This document shows positions 12,966 to 27,117 of a DNA stretch of 64,000 nucleotides, in pieces. This stretch comes from the human T2T-CHM13v2.0 reference genome, Homo sapiens. A model generated the notes under the pieces. It made no database searches and was not told the origin of the DNA. It saw only the letters and a list, made by a program, of their open reading frames with translations. The translations under genes and the position numbers were made by a program. How positions within the stretch are numbered: the first letter of the stretch is position 1; each line of letters begins with the position of its first letter. The stretch lies in the NCBI RefSeq assembly GCF_009914755.1, contig NC_060947.1; one strand, written 5' to 3'.

Positions 12966-14540
12966 TATACCTGTATATTTATTAAGCAGGTGTTTGTTTT
13001 AAGTATTGATTTCTGATTGGTTCCAAAATACCTAATATTTCCACCTTGCTTTTCTAGCAGAGGTAGATGTGACGTGAGAGGAATCCTGGAAATACTTTTC
13101 AAAGATGTGTATGTCCTCTCCATCAGACCTACCTTCTCTAGTATCTGGTAAGGTGGGCTATAGTTTTTGTGTCCTTTGGGCTTCTAGTGAGATGTGCGTG
13201 TGCGCGTGTGTATGCACGATGAGTTGTTTCTACTTCTCAGGATAGGGCTTTCATTAGTGACAAAGATGCCACATATTACTGTAGTCTTGGTGACAGCTTT
13301 TGTATTTTGAAGTGACCCCTAGAGTTTGATGTTCCCCTCTGCTGAGTCTGGATGTAGGCAAAAAAAAAAAAAAAAAAAAAAAAGCCTACCCTGAGCACTA
13401 CTGCCAAGAACCCAGTGCTGAGATGTTTTGTTATCAAAGGATTGTTAATATGTGGTGCCTGATAATAGACATTCATAAGTATATCACATTTTACCAAAAA
13501 TAATGATGTTTTGTTAAGATTTACTCAGCAGTGGTTAGCCTTGCTACCTGCATTTCATTAGTGTTTCTTTGAACAGCAGACATTTTTTGGTGCGTTCCTA
13601 TGGATCCGAAACCCTTATATACCTACAAAATGTTAATTCATCTCCTCAAATTGTTTTGTTTGGAGACATTTATCATAGACCAAATTGTGATATGATAGGA
13701 AAGTTTAGTGAATCACGAAAGCAATTTTAATGCTAGAGGAAATTTAATCATAATTAGTTAAAAAACTATTGTGAAATAAATGCAAAATATGGAGTGGTCA
13801 AGTTGAATTAGAGATATTTGACCAATGGAGTGCTTGTAAAATGGTAATGAAAGGCACAATTCCATCTACATTATATTTGAAAGTGATACACATAATTTTG
13901 TATATGTTTTAAAAATATGTATTCTAGTATATATGTGGAAACTTAAGTAGGATTTGTTCAAAGTTATGCAAACATGATATTTTCTGTTTCTCCTTGCTTT
14001 CTTTTAATAGAAAGAGTTAAGGTGAGTTTGCTTCAGACTGGAAGTGTTAAAATAAGTGAAAATAACTTAAATTGTTCTTTACTTGTGGAGAGAATGGTTT
14101 GAAGTTTCTCACTTTTTATAAAAGCTATTACAATACCCAGGACAATAGAACCTTAAAAAAAATTGTGAACTGTGGTAGATTACCAACCACTTTGAAGTTA
14201 CCTTAGTCTTGTCTCTCTGACTCTGTAAAGCACCTTTTTCTCCTAAATTGCTCATTATCCTTTAAAATTCATATGAATTAAAATTAATTTTGTTTGGGGA
14301 TGTTTTTGAGAATTTCATCACTTTCTTTGAAATAATTGTTGACACCTTGTTTTAAAAAACAATCTGGTTTAAATATGGTAATACTGTGAATCTCCATCTA
14401 CATTAATTTTAAGATGTATCTGATTTAATGTTTAAAGGCAGTGGTTTCTTATGTTTCAGATTTTCAAATGAAGCTGCTTATTCTTAAACATATGCATACT
14501 GGAAACTAATGCATGCACATAGAAAATAAATACAGCAGCG

Positions 14541-14846
14541 GGCTGGATGTGGTGTCTCATGCCTGTAATTCTAGCACTTTGAGAGGTTGAGGTGGGCAAA
14601 TCACTTGAGCTCAGGAGGTCGAGATCAGCCTGGGCAACATGACGAAACTCTGTCTCTACAGAAAATACAAAAATTAGCCAGGCATGGTGGGGCACGCCTT
14701 TAGTCCCAGCTACTCAGGTGGCAGAGGTGGGAGGATCACCAGAACCAGGAAGGTCGAGGCTGCAGTGGGCTGTGGTCGCGCCACTGTACTCCAGCCTGGG
14801 TGATAGAGTGAGACCTTGTCTCCAAAAAGAAAAAGAAAAGAAAAGA
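14541..14846 (+). mobile_element. Alu (AluJ-like), full length
   Basis: Alu dimer with J-type features; (GAAAA)n tail; TSD aaatacagcag on both sides. Confidence 0.93.
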
Positions 14847-15228
14847 AATACAGCAGAATAGCTGAGGAACTATAACACTATTATCACGCCACCGTCCATT
14901 CATTCCTTAATATCAATATCTGTATGTACAAATTTCTAGTTTCATAAATGTCAAACACTTTTTTTTCTTCAATCAGAACCCAAATCAGGTGCACACATTG
15001 TAGTCTAGCTCATTCTTTTTTCCTATGTCAATCTTTTTGGATGTTTTACATAACAGATGTTATGTAATATCTCCTGAAATAAAATTCAGATAATATAACC
15101 TACCTAGTCACATAATTTTTTTAAAACTCACTAAAATGCCCTTATTGTAATAAAAAGAAAAACACATAATAAAATAATATGGGTTTCTATATGTACATAC
15201 TCAGTATGACTATACAAGAAGAAAATAA

Positions 15229-15539
<311 letters not shown>

Positions 15540-15739
15540 TATTTTTCCCTACTTTTAATGAACATATCTGGATTTAAAAGAAGTGTTAAAATCAGAAGTT
15601 GTTCCATAGAGTGTACAAGAGAAAATGGAAGAACAGATGAACTAATAGACAGTGAAGTAAAAACAAATATTAGGAGAAATGTTAATGGACCAGACTCATT
15701 TGATGAGCCATTCTAGTAATTCCTATTGAACATTTGAAA

Positions 15740-16810
15740 GTCATGAGTGAAGGAAACAGCTTTTTGGAGAATGTTATATTCTAGGGCTGGGATAGGGAAT
15801 ATGCGAGAAGAGCCTGGAGCATCCTGTAGTGCCATAAAGTAAGGAAGTGTTCAAAAAACACAATGATGAGGGCATGTAAAAGACTGAAAAGCCAATCTGA
15901 AAGAGCTTCCAATAGCTAAAGCTGGAACAATTTGAACAATAAAGTATTACAGTATTGGATTATAACCCAACATATAAAATAAATATATTCATGGATCCAT
16001 CCTGATAGATAGAAATGTCTAGATAAGTAGAGAAATGGAGGAGAAGAGACAAATCATCCATGTAGAGAATTACAAATCATTTATATACATACTCCCTAAC
16101 TCCCACCACAAAGAGGTGGCACTTAAATCCCCACTCCTTGATTGTAGGTTGCATTTAGTGACTTGTTTCCAGAGAGTAGAGTATGAAAAAGGGGAAACAT
16201 ACAACTTTATAGTGGAGAAACCTGGCAGTTGCTACCTTGGCCAAGTGATCAAGGTTAACATCATCAGTGATAAGTCATGTTGATAGCATGTACCCATGAT
16301 ACGATGTGATATGATGTGATGTGATATGATTGATATGATATGATGAGAATGGTTCTTTATCTCTGTGGTCTTTCTTTACTCCCCACAAACCCATAACCCC
16401 ATTCTAACCATGAGAAAAACGTAAGAAAAGCCCACATTTAAGGACATTTTTCAGAATACCGAACCAATACTCCACAAAACTGTCAAGGTCACCAATAACA
16501 AGGAAAATGTGAGAAACTTAAAAACCAGAAAAGGCTAAGGAGACATGATAATTAGTTATATTATGGCATTCTAGATAGGATCTTGGAATGGAAAAGTACG
16601 TTAGGAAAAATAATGAAATCCAAATAAAGTGTGGAGTTTAGTTTATTATTAGCAATATAACAAGGTTGGTTCCTTAATGTAGTGAATGTACATAGTAATG
16701 TGAGATATTAATAATAGGAGAATATGGGTGAAGAGTATACAGGAACTCTTTATACTATTTTTTGCAACTTTTCTGTAGATGTAAAACTATTCTGAAATTT
16801 TTAAAAAGTT
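15740..16810 (+). mobile_element. Old L1 3'UTR (L1MC/L1MD-type) with internal (ATRTG)n repeat
   Basis: Typical motifs agtggagaaacctggca...gtgatcaaggttaacatca and a 3' end aggaactct...tttttgcaacttttctgta; pentamer repeat at ~16297-16345. Confidence 0.75.
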
Positions 16811-17633
16811 GTTCAAATAAAAAAGTTACAGTATTTTTCAAATTTGGTAATACCAAAAGATAAGCTATGTCTCATATATGAATAGTTTTGTTTTGCCTCT
16901 CTGGAAGTATTAATAATGAAGTCTTTCAAATAAAAAAGGGCACTTGGGATATAGAGTTGTTCTTCACTATGTGGGATTGTTCCATCCATGGATCTAGCAA
17001 TCATTCAGTAACCTAATCATTGTGATAACCCAGTACTACTCATAATTCTCAAAATGCTCCCAGGAAACAATATTGGCCCTGGCCTGGCATCAGGATCCCT
17101 GGCCTTACCACTTTTCTTTTTTGTAAACCTTATAGTTTTCCACGTGTGAACATTTTTTAAATTTTATGAATACATATTGTTGTGATTTGAAAAATAATTT
17201 TATTGAATGAATGTTATACTTTGTTTTCATTCTACTAAATTTAATCTTTTATTTGATTAGCATTTTTTACCTTTTGCTAATCAGGAAATATGTTTAAGAA
17301 AAGGAGATTAAATGTACATGGATAGGATGGAGACCACCAAAAGTTAGCTCCATCTTCTCATTTTACCTTAATGCTAAACAATTTGCAATTAAACTCTCAG
17401 ACAGAAGAGTGTGCTATTCTAAACATTGTTAACAAAGCTTGACTCCCAGTGTTCCTTCTAATTGTAGTTTCTGTTTCCTGTAGGCAATTTGTGTGGGAAT
17501 GTTAAGCAAGGCATGATAATTTTTAAGTAAATAAATCTTGTGGTTTATAATTGATAATCAGCTGTATATATAAATGTGTGTATAAATATGCACACACATT
17601 TACTTAGGGCAGATATTTAGTTACCTAGGGCAG

Positions 17634-20027
17634 TATATTAGTCTGTTCTTGCATTACTGGCATAAAGACCTACCCGAGACTGGGTAATTTATAATGAAAA
17701 GAGGTTTAATTGGCTCACAGTTCCACAGGCTGTACAGGAAACATGGCTGGGGAAACCTCAGAAAACTTTCAATCATGGCGGAAGGTGAAGGGGAAGCAGG
17801 CACGTCTTACATGGCTAGAGAAGGAGGAAGAGAGCAAAGGGAAAGGTGCCACACACTTTGAAACAACCAGGTCTCATGAGCACTCACTCACTATCACGAG
17901 AACAGCAAGGGGGAAATCCACCCCCATGAGCCAATCACCTCCCACCAGGGCCCTCCTCCAACATTGGGGATTACAATTCGACCTGAGTTTTGGGTGGGGC
18001 CACAAATCCAAACCATATCATTCTGCCCCGGCCTCTCCCAAATCTCATGTCCTTCTCACATTGCAAAATACAATCATCCCTTCTCAACAGCCTGCCAAGT
18101 CTTAACTTATTTCAGCATTAACTTAAAAGTCTACAGTCCAAAGTCTCATCTGAGACAAGGCAAGTTTCTTCCATCTATGACACTGTAAAATCAAAACCAA
18201 GTTAGGTACCTCCAAGATACAATGGGGTTACAGGCATTGGGTAAATACACCCATTCCAAAAGGGAGAAATCAGCCAAAAGAAAGGGGCTACAGGACCATG
18301 CAATTCTGAAACCCAGCAGGGCGGTCATTAAATCTTATAGCTCCGTAATTACCTCCCTTGACTCCATGTCTCACATCCAGGCCACACTGATGCAAGGGGT
18401 GGGTTCCCAAGGCCATGGGCAGCTCTGGCCCTGTGTCTTTGAAGGGTACAACCCCCTTGGTGGCTATCCCAGGCTGGCACTGAGTGCCTACGTCTTTTCC
18501 AGGTACATGGTGCAAGCTGTTGGTAGATCTGCCATTCCGCAGTCTGGAAGATGGTGGTCCTCTTCTCACAGCTCCACTAGGCAGTGCCCCAGTGGGGACT
18601 CTGTGTGTGGGCCCCACATTTCCCCCCCACATTGCCCTAGTAGAGGTCATCCATGAGGTCTCCTCCCCTGCAGTAGACTTGTGCCTGGACATCCATACAT
18701 TTCCATAGATCCTCTGAAATCTAGGCAGAGGCTCCCAAGCCTCAACTCTTACCCTCTATGCACCCGCAGGCTTAACAACATGTGGAAGCTGCCAAGGTTT
18801 ACAGCTTGTACCCTCTGGATCAGCAGCCTAAGGTGTATCTGGGGTCCTTTTAGCCGCAGCTGGAGCTGGAGTGGCTGGGGACACAGAAAGCAGTGTCCTG
18901 AGGTTGTACAGGGCAGCCAGGCTCTGGGCCCAGCCTACAAAAACCATTCTTCCCTTCTAGGCCTCTGGGCCTCTGACACGAGGGGCTGCTATGAAAGTTT
19001 CTGAAATGCCTTTGAGGCCTTTTCCTCATTGTCTTGGCTATTAACTTTCAGCTCCTCTTTACTTATGCAGATGTCTACAGCTATCTTGAATTCCTTCCCA
19101 GAAAATGGGTTTTTCTTTTGTACCAGATAGTCAGACTGCAGATTTCTGAACTTTTATGCTCTGCTTCCCTTTTAAATATAAGTTCCAGTTTCATACCATC
19201 TCTTTGGTCATGCATATGACCATACGCTATTAGAAGCTACCAGGCCACTTCTTGAATGCTTTGCTGCTTAGAAATTTCTTCTGCCAGATACCCTAAATCA
19301 TCACTCTGAAGTTCAAAGTTCCACAGATCCCTTGAGCAGGGGCATAATGCTGCCAGTCTCCTTGGTAAAGCATTGCAAGAGTGACCTTTACTGCAGTTCC
19401 CAATAATTTCCTCATTTCCATATGAGGTTACCTCAGCCTGGACTTGACTGTCCATATCACTATCAGCATTTTGGTTACAATCATTCAACAAGTCTCTAAG
19501 AAGTCCAAACTTTCCCTCATCTTCCTGTCTTCTTCTGAGCCCTCCAGACTGTTCCAACCTCTGCCCATTACCAAGTTCCAAAACTGCATCCACATTTTTA
19601 GGTATCTTTATGGCAATGCCCCACTCCTACATACCAATTTTTTGTGTTAGTCCGTTCTCACGTTGCTAGTAAAGAACTACCTGAGACTGGGTAATATATA
19701 AGGAAAAGAGGTTTAATTGGCTCACAGTTCCACAGGCTGTACAGGAAGCATTGCTGGGGAGGCCTCGCGAAACTTTCAATCATGGCAGAAGGCAAAGGAG
19801 AAGCAGGCATGCCTTACGTGGTTGGAGAAGGAGGAAGAGAGCAAAGGGGAAGATGCCACATACTTTTAAACATTCAGGTCTTGTGAGTATTCACTCACTA
19901 TCACAAGAACAGCAAGGGGGAAATCTGCCTCCATGATGCAGTCACCTCCCACCAGGCCCCTCCTCCAACACTGGGGATTACAGTTCAACATGAGATTTGG
20001 GTGGGGACAGAAATCCAAACCATACCA
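17634..20027 (-). mobile_element. Complete MaLR LTR retrotransposon (MSTA/THE1-type): LTR 17634-18020, internal 18021-19642, LTR 19643-20027
   Basis: Two ~386-bp direct LTRs (t[a/g]t[a/g]ttagtc...aatccaaaccata[t/c]ca); 5-bp TSD ggcag/agcag; internal ORF remnant 19237-19593(-) with typical MaLR motifs (LAALCPCSRDLWNFEL..DDLGYLAEEISKQQSIQEV). Confidence 0.93.
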
Positions 20028-23000
20028 AGCAGTTTTGCTGAAATCGAATATAACTCAAAGACCTTTTCTGATTGTTTTTAATCAAGGAAGTCAATGCTTT
20101 TCTTCTTGTCATTAAATGTGGTACCTTATTTTCATCTTATAATGAGTCCGTGTAGTGCATTTAGTAGATGAGTTTGGGTTATGAGGGGTTGTAATTTAAG
20201 ACCTCCTCTGTTCACATCTCCAAGAAATTACATTAAGTTTCAAAACTTTATACTTGCCCTTAATTCTTGTGCCTTTCTGATTAAGATCTTCCTTGTTTTT
20301 TAGTTTAATGGTGTGAAAATTCTAAAAAGCTCAGTCTTTGGTAATCAGTAGATAAAGAAACTGACAGAAAACTTAATGCATTAACCTGATACTTCTTTTC
20401 TTTCCACAAAAAATTGAAATGTTATAATTGTCACAATTTCAACTTACTTGATTCTTTGTTATTAATACCTCTCTGTAAAAATGTGAAGTTCTGTTGACAT
20501 TGTTGAGGTGAATGTCTTAAAAGTGTTGCCCTGATTTGCTGCCAAATGTCTTTTTCTGATTTATGCTCTGTGAGTACCAGCCTAGCTATGCATTAATGTG
20601 CTCTCTGTGAAATGCTTCTGCTTTTTGTACAAACTATTCTTAAGCTATGCTCACGGGAATGAAGGACAGGTTGTTTTATTTCAATAAGGTAAGAATGCTT
20701 TACATTTAAAGAAAGCTTCAAAAAACAACCTGTGTCAATTATACATTAAATATCAGGGGTTTGAAACCAGTTTTGAATATGTGACCAGAAAGGATGGTTT
20801 GACTTTTCAAAAGAATTTCCAATATCTTAAAACTTTAGAATTTATCTCGGGTTAGGTGGGCAATGTTTAGACTAAGTTGTTTCAATGCTTTCCAATAATA
20901 CTTTTCATAAAATTTCACAGATTTAGGGTGGCTAGCTATTGCAGTAATACAGTCTTATAATAATTAACGACAGAATGTTAGAAGCAAATTGTGTGATTTG
21001 CATGACTTATGAAATGCAGATGGTGAGAAGTAGACTTGGAAGCTTTTTCAGGGTGCAGATGGACACAAGTTCTTCAGTGAAGTTAATTAAAAGTAATCAT
21101 TGTATAGTAACCACTGTCTTGTAGGCTGCTAAGAAATTAGTATTCTACTTTCCCAAATGAAAATGCCAGATGATGCCTTTCCAGGCTGTGGGAAATATCT
21201 TTATCACCTGTAGTCATGTCAAAAGACGCATTCCTCTTCCCCTTTCTTCCTCCATCTCTAGATTTCATACAGATGAATAAAATTAAAGGGACAAATACTA
21301 GTAGGAAGCACTGTATATAGAAGACAATACAAATTATCTGTAGTACTAAGTTGGGATTGGAGGTTGTGGTCCATTCCACATCCTGTCCTGTATTTGTATG
21401 TGTGTTTAATTCATGTGTTTACTTCTCAAACCCTTTATTTTAAAATGGAGATAATTAAAATGTGTTTTATAGTGAATAGCTGAGGAATAATTAATATATA
21501 GTCCAGGCAGAAATGGAATAACATTCTGACATTGGCAAAAAAGAATTTATTACTGTACAGGATTTAAAATGATCTTAATGGAAAAGAATTTTTTAAGTAT
21601 TCCAGTTTAGAAATAAATTACTAGATATAGCTCACATGTGTTTGCCTTATGATATGGCATGAAAATAAGATTATACTGATTTAAAAATGCATCTGGGTTA
21701 TAGATTTCAGGTGGCTGGCTTTGTTTTGGGAACTCTTTCCCTTTTACTAACTTCTGTCATGTAGCCACTTCTTTTTCTAACAGCTGTATTGGAGTGTTTC
21801 TCTTCGAGTCAATGTTTTTACTTATTTGAGTCAAAAGACTACTTAACTAATTTTGCCTAGTTATTAGAATGGTATATTCCATTTTTCCTGCCAGGGAACT
21901 CAATACAAAGGTCCTAAAGCATTGTTGTTGATGGGTCCACCAAACCTGGCTAAGTCCTGAATCAGTATAGACCTCATCTCAGTAGTAAACCGTGTATATC
22001 ACAGTCCCCTAGTACTTCTCAGCATTATTTTATCACAAAGTTTATGATTATTTAAATTTTATTTCTCAAATCTTGTCAGAAGATTGGAATGTAAGAGTTT
22101 TATTATAAAAGGTTTATTATTATACATAGTGATCAAAATTATTATTAAACACTGAATCTGTGCAATGAAAATGATAGGTACTTAGCACTAGAGCTCCATT
22201 TAAGTGACAGAAATGTATTGACTTTTCATAGGAAAAACAGGCAATTGTAAGAAACAAATGAACCAATTCGTTTCAGCTTGGATCACTGAAAACAAGAGAG
22301 AATCATTGGCAAAACAATGCCTTCTCATTCATGTGTCACAAGTGGTACTTGGATTGAGGACAATTGAGAAGCATTAAGACTGCAAATTAGTTCCCAAGTT
22401 GTGTAGAATAGTTGTTTGAAAGTGTACTTTCCCAAAGCTCCTATGCCAGCTTTTAATTTTCTTATTACCAGCAGTTTTGTTTTTCTTAGGTTTTACATTT
22501 TGGTCTGCATTTGTGTTTTCCTTATAAAAATGCTCTATATATCCAACTAGTACATCTTGTGTAAATGATGTCAACTCATATATAAGACTTCATTTTGAGG
22601 AATTTTAAAAATACACAAATTTATTAAGAGCTTTCTTTTAATCCGTATAATAGTGTAACAATGTTGACCTTAAAGCTTTTCAGAAATATTCACCATGATT
22701 TTGTTATTACTACTTCTTCAATCTTTTTGATATTGACATGTTTCTAAACGACAGTGGATAGTAAGATGTCAGATTTTATACTTTCATTCAAACTTTGAAG
22801 ACCATTTGGATTTTTTGGGATGATCGGCTCTGAGCCATTCATAACTCATTTGTTAAAAACACATAAGTCTTCGAGTAAATGAATGCCTTGAAAAAAAAAA
22901 GAGATCATGTGGTTGAGACAGCTTTACTTCTGTCAGGGTTACCTATGGTAGGGCAAATTATTTGGGTTTCTGGTTTTCTTTCCTATAAAAGAAAGTTGGA

Positions 23001-24833
23001 TGATATGATCTTAAAAGCTGTAAGATTTGGTGATTATAAGCTTTTAAATTCATGTTCATACTTGGTTTATAAGTGATGAATGATAAACATTCTTGATTTT
23101 CTTTACATCTACTTTTATGACCACCAGTGACAGTTGGGCCCTCTGAATTTTTCAGTTTAAGTTTTTTTCTACCCAGTAATTAAATGCCAAACACGAAACT
23201 GTATGTGCTTTACACAAAGATTTGCTATGTAACAAAAGTGGAAGATGTATTTTTTATGTTTTAGGTGGATTTGAATGCCCACAGATCTAGGCCACCAATG
23301 CCAGTTTACCTTTACAGATTCTGTTTGGCAAATTCCTAAGACATTAGGTTACAAATCTTTCTCCTTTCTCTTTTTTCTTTCTTTTTTCCTTTTTCTATAT
23401 TCTTTCACCACTGAAAACTTTTAACAGTTACAGGTTAGCAAGCATATCATTGAGCAAATGCCCTCCAGCCTCTTGGAGAGTCTTAACTATTCACACTGTC
23501 TTCTCTGCCTGCCCCTTGGTAATATACAAAAAGTTTCAGGTGGCTGAAGCCCTAATATATTAAAAACAAAAATTTGAATTCTAAATACACCTGTAAGAGC
23601 AAGGAAAACATAAATTAGAATATGTGGTATATGTAAATTGATATGGAGTATCTGAAAAAAACAGTACTTTTTGTTCTTGGTGGTCATATTTAAATCATAC
23701 TTTTAAAATCAAAAGTCTGTGTAATATGATAGTTCTGTAAGTTATATCTAGATGTCTGTGAATGCATCAAACAGATTTTTTTAATGCATGGAGTACAAGT
23801 ACAACCTTTAAGTTCTTAGTGAAATTTATGCCTATTTTTATCAAACTTTAACATGTATGGTTTTATTATATTTAATGGGCAAATTTGAAGCACAAACTCA
23901 AATACAGTTCTTGTGTCCGTTATTGAAACACATCATCATTTAAAACAGTTTGTAACATTTTCTTTTATAAAAGAACATGCTCTATACACTGACACTCTTG
24001 TTCTCTGCACAATCTATGAGATGAATTGATAGCTAGAATGAGAACAAACTTTTAGAAATCTCTTGGCCCTATGCCCTCATGTTACTTGTAAGCATCTGAG
24101 CTCGGAGAGGTTAAATGACTTCTCTAAATTCATGTATCTTTCTAGTAGCAAAATTAGTATGGCAAATAACTCAGTATGAAAGCTCAGAAATAGTATGTTG
24201 CATAGATCTTTTCATTGTGAGGACATCCTCTATTAGAAACAAGAGAATGAGTTCTTTTGATCACTGGTGTCAAAGTTAGAACACGTCTTTATTAACACAT
24301 GCAACAAACCTACTTCATAGAATAATCCCCTCATTAGAAATGTTTGTTTTAGATTTCATTTTATCATAACTGAATGTAAGATTCTGAAATGCCAAACCCC
24401 ATTTATAGTTAAAATGCTATTAACTGCTAGAAAATCTTCTCCTGATGGTCTTCTAATCTCTGTGGGCTATGACTCAATGATTTTAAATCTCATTTTCTAA
24501 AGCTTTGCAGATTGTTAACGCAGTCCAGTGCAACAGGATTAAACACAAATCTGAACACACCGTACTTTTTGAGGTCCGTTTAGAGCTGAATAAGTGGTTT
24601 GCTGTGCTGAATAATTTATTGTAATTCACTTTAATAATTTTCCATTTTAATTATGAGCAATATACATGCACCTAAAACTCTTAAGTGTGAATTTTTTGAC
24701 ACTTTAACCCTTAGCTGTCTATATTATTTAAGTAACCTCATTCACACTACTGGAATTAATATATTAGAATAAATTGGTCCCTTGTGTTTTATAATACAAG
24801 TAGCTGTCTATGATACACCAAAAAAGTACATTT

Positions 24834-25230
24834 GATACCACATGTTCTCACTCATATGTGGGAGCTAAAAAAATTGAATACATTTAAGTAGTGAGTAGAA
24901 TTGTGGTTACTAGAGGATGGGAAGGGGAGTGGGGATGGGGAATTGGGATAGGGGTTTGGGAGAGGTTGGTTAATGGATACAAAATTACAGTCAGATGGGA
25001 GGAATAAGTTCTAGTTTTCTGTAGTACTGTAGGGTAACTATAGTTAACAATAATTTATGTTTTCAAATAGCTAGAAGAGAGGATTTTGAATGGTCCCAAC
25101 ACAAAGAAATGATAAACGTTTAAGGTGATAAATATGCTAATTACCCTGATTTGATCATTACATTGTATACACATATCGAAATATCACTCTGTAGCCCATA
25201 AATATGCACAATTATTACATGTCAATTTAA
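24834..25230 (+). mobile_element. 5'-truncated L1MA 3' end
   Basis: L1MA 3'UTR motifs (catgttctcactcatatgtgggagctaaaa...attaccctgatttgatcattac); TSD aaaaagt(a/g)cattt. Confidence 0.88.
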
Positions 25231-27117
25231 AAAGTGCATTTTGAAAGATCAAGGCTGCTGAATTATTTTAAAATTTATTCAGAAAGCTTATTGATTTTGA
25301 TGTCCTCCTTTTGTACCTATTGTATATATTACTTACTTCTATATAGTAGACTTTATATCATTTAAACTGTTCTGATTTCTGTCTCTTTCCAAGATTCCGA
25401 CATCCTAGTGTTATAAAGCCTCAACAATTGGAATCTCAGGTTTTACAAAAATATTTGTTTAAAATGAGAGTAATTATAGCAGTGTGATATCTGCATTTAT
25501 CAGTGCTTTGATAAGGTGTGTACATTGTATGCATCATAGTGAAATTTCTGGTAATTATTTTAATAACTAAAAGTATTTAACAAAATGGAAACAAATACAT
25601 TAATAGATTTTTCAAATTTAATATTTATATAGGTCTCTTGTACTATGTGTGCTGTCAAGTATTCAATAAGTGAAAATATAAAATACTTTTTTTCACCACT
25701 ATAATGTCATTGTATGATTTTTATTCTACATATTTCTCTAATGGTACTTGCTATCTTTTACAAACTACTTCTGTTGCATGTTAATTTTTAGGTATTGTAT
25801 TTTTCAAGATTTATCATCTTTTAAGGAAGGCAAAAACATGTAACTTAATCACTTGAAAGTGAACTGTGTCATTATGCACATTTTCTGATAGCTGCTGTCA
25901 AAGATAAAATAACACTTCCTGCCACCATAAGAAGTGTGGTCACCTCAGGACAGCACTGAGTCATACATCTGGGGCCAGTAGGAAAAGTTAGCATCATTGG
26001 CAGCCGCCTGGGCTCTTCATGTTCCATGGAAAATGGCACACTGGCGCATAGTGTAACTTAAATATTTCTCAAATGCCTAACTCCTTGGAAAAATTAATGT
26101 TAAGTAGTATAAAAACTGAAATCTATGACTTTATATTGAACCAGCGGTTTTGAGTTCTTAATTTAATTATGCTTGTTCCACCCATTTGTAATTCTGATTT
26201 AGTTTAACTAAATTTAAATTATAACTTGATATGTTAAAATGAAAGCACCTTGTATAGTAAAGAACTTAAGAATTGAGTCGTTACTGTATTTTTTTTTTTA
26301 ATGCGTTAACCACTCTCAACCTAGGTAGCACTGGAATATGACCCTTAATGTTTTTTCCTGTCTTTGTAAGATACTGCTGTTAAAATTTAACTTAGATCTC
26401 TGCTGGACTTGGAATCTATATGTATATCTAAAGTATTTATGCAATTATACAGACCAGTAATACAATATTAGAAAACTTGGTTGATTACCCTTCATAAATA
26501 CCAGTAGAATTTGGAAGTACAGAAACTGCCCACCTCCATCCAGTCAAATAAATAACCTGAAAGCATAAACGCTGTTTAGAAGTGTTTTCTTAATATGACT
26601 TCAACATACTTAAAATAAGTACCTATAAAAAACAAAATCTTTAATCCAATGGCTACTTTCTGAGTATATATTATCAGGTTATACCTTATAGGTATTTTTT
26701 ATATGGAAGTAACTTGCATATCCTTCAAATGAAAGGAAATTTATTTTACAGTCAGTAGTCCCTCTATCTTTGTAGTCTTACTTGAAACACATAGTTTACT
26801 AATTATAACAGTGCTAATTCTGTATGTTTGGGTAATATTTTTATTTGTATGTGAGTTAGTTTTTTAATAGTAAAATAAAACATGTTGCTACGTACTTAGA
26901 TGTTTTAAAAATTTTCTCTAAACGTTTAATCCATTATAAAAACCTCTTAGGATAGTGCAGTTATTCTTTTCATTAGGGGATCAGAATAACCCCATTCTAA
27001 GTTTTGTCAGAATCTTTAAGTCACATTAACTTGTACTTCCAAAGAATAGGCCTGTCAGGGCTGTCTACCGTGACTATTGTATAACTAACTACCACCAGCA
27101 TACATCGTCACTACATT

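Noticed and set aside
17710-20115. Cluster of 60-144 aa ORFs
   Set aside because: All lie within the MaLR provirus; fragmented, not host genes.
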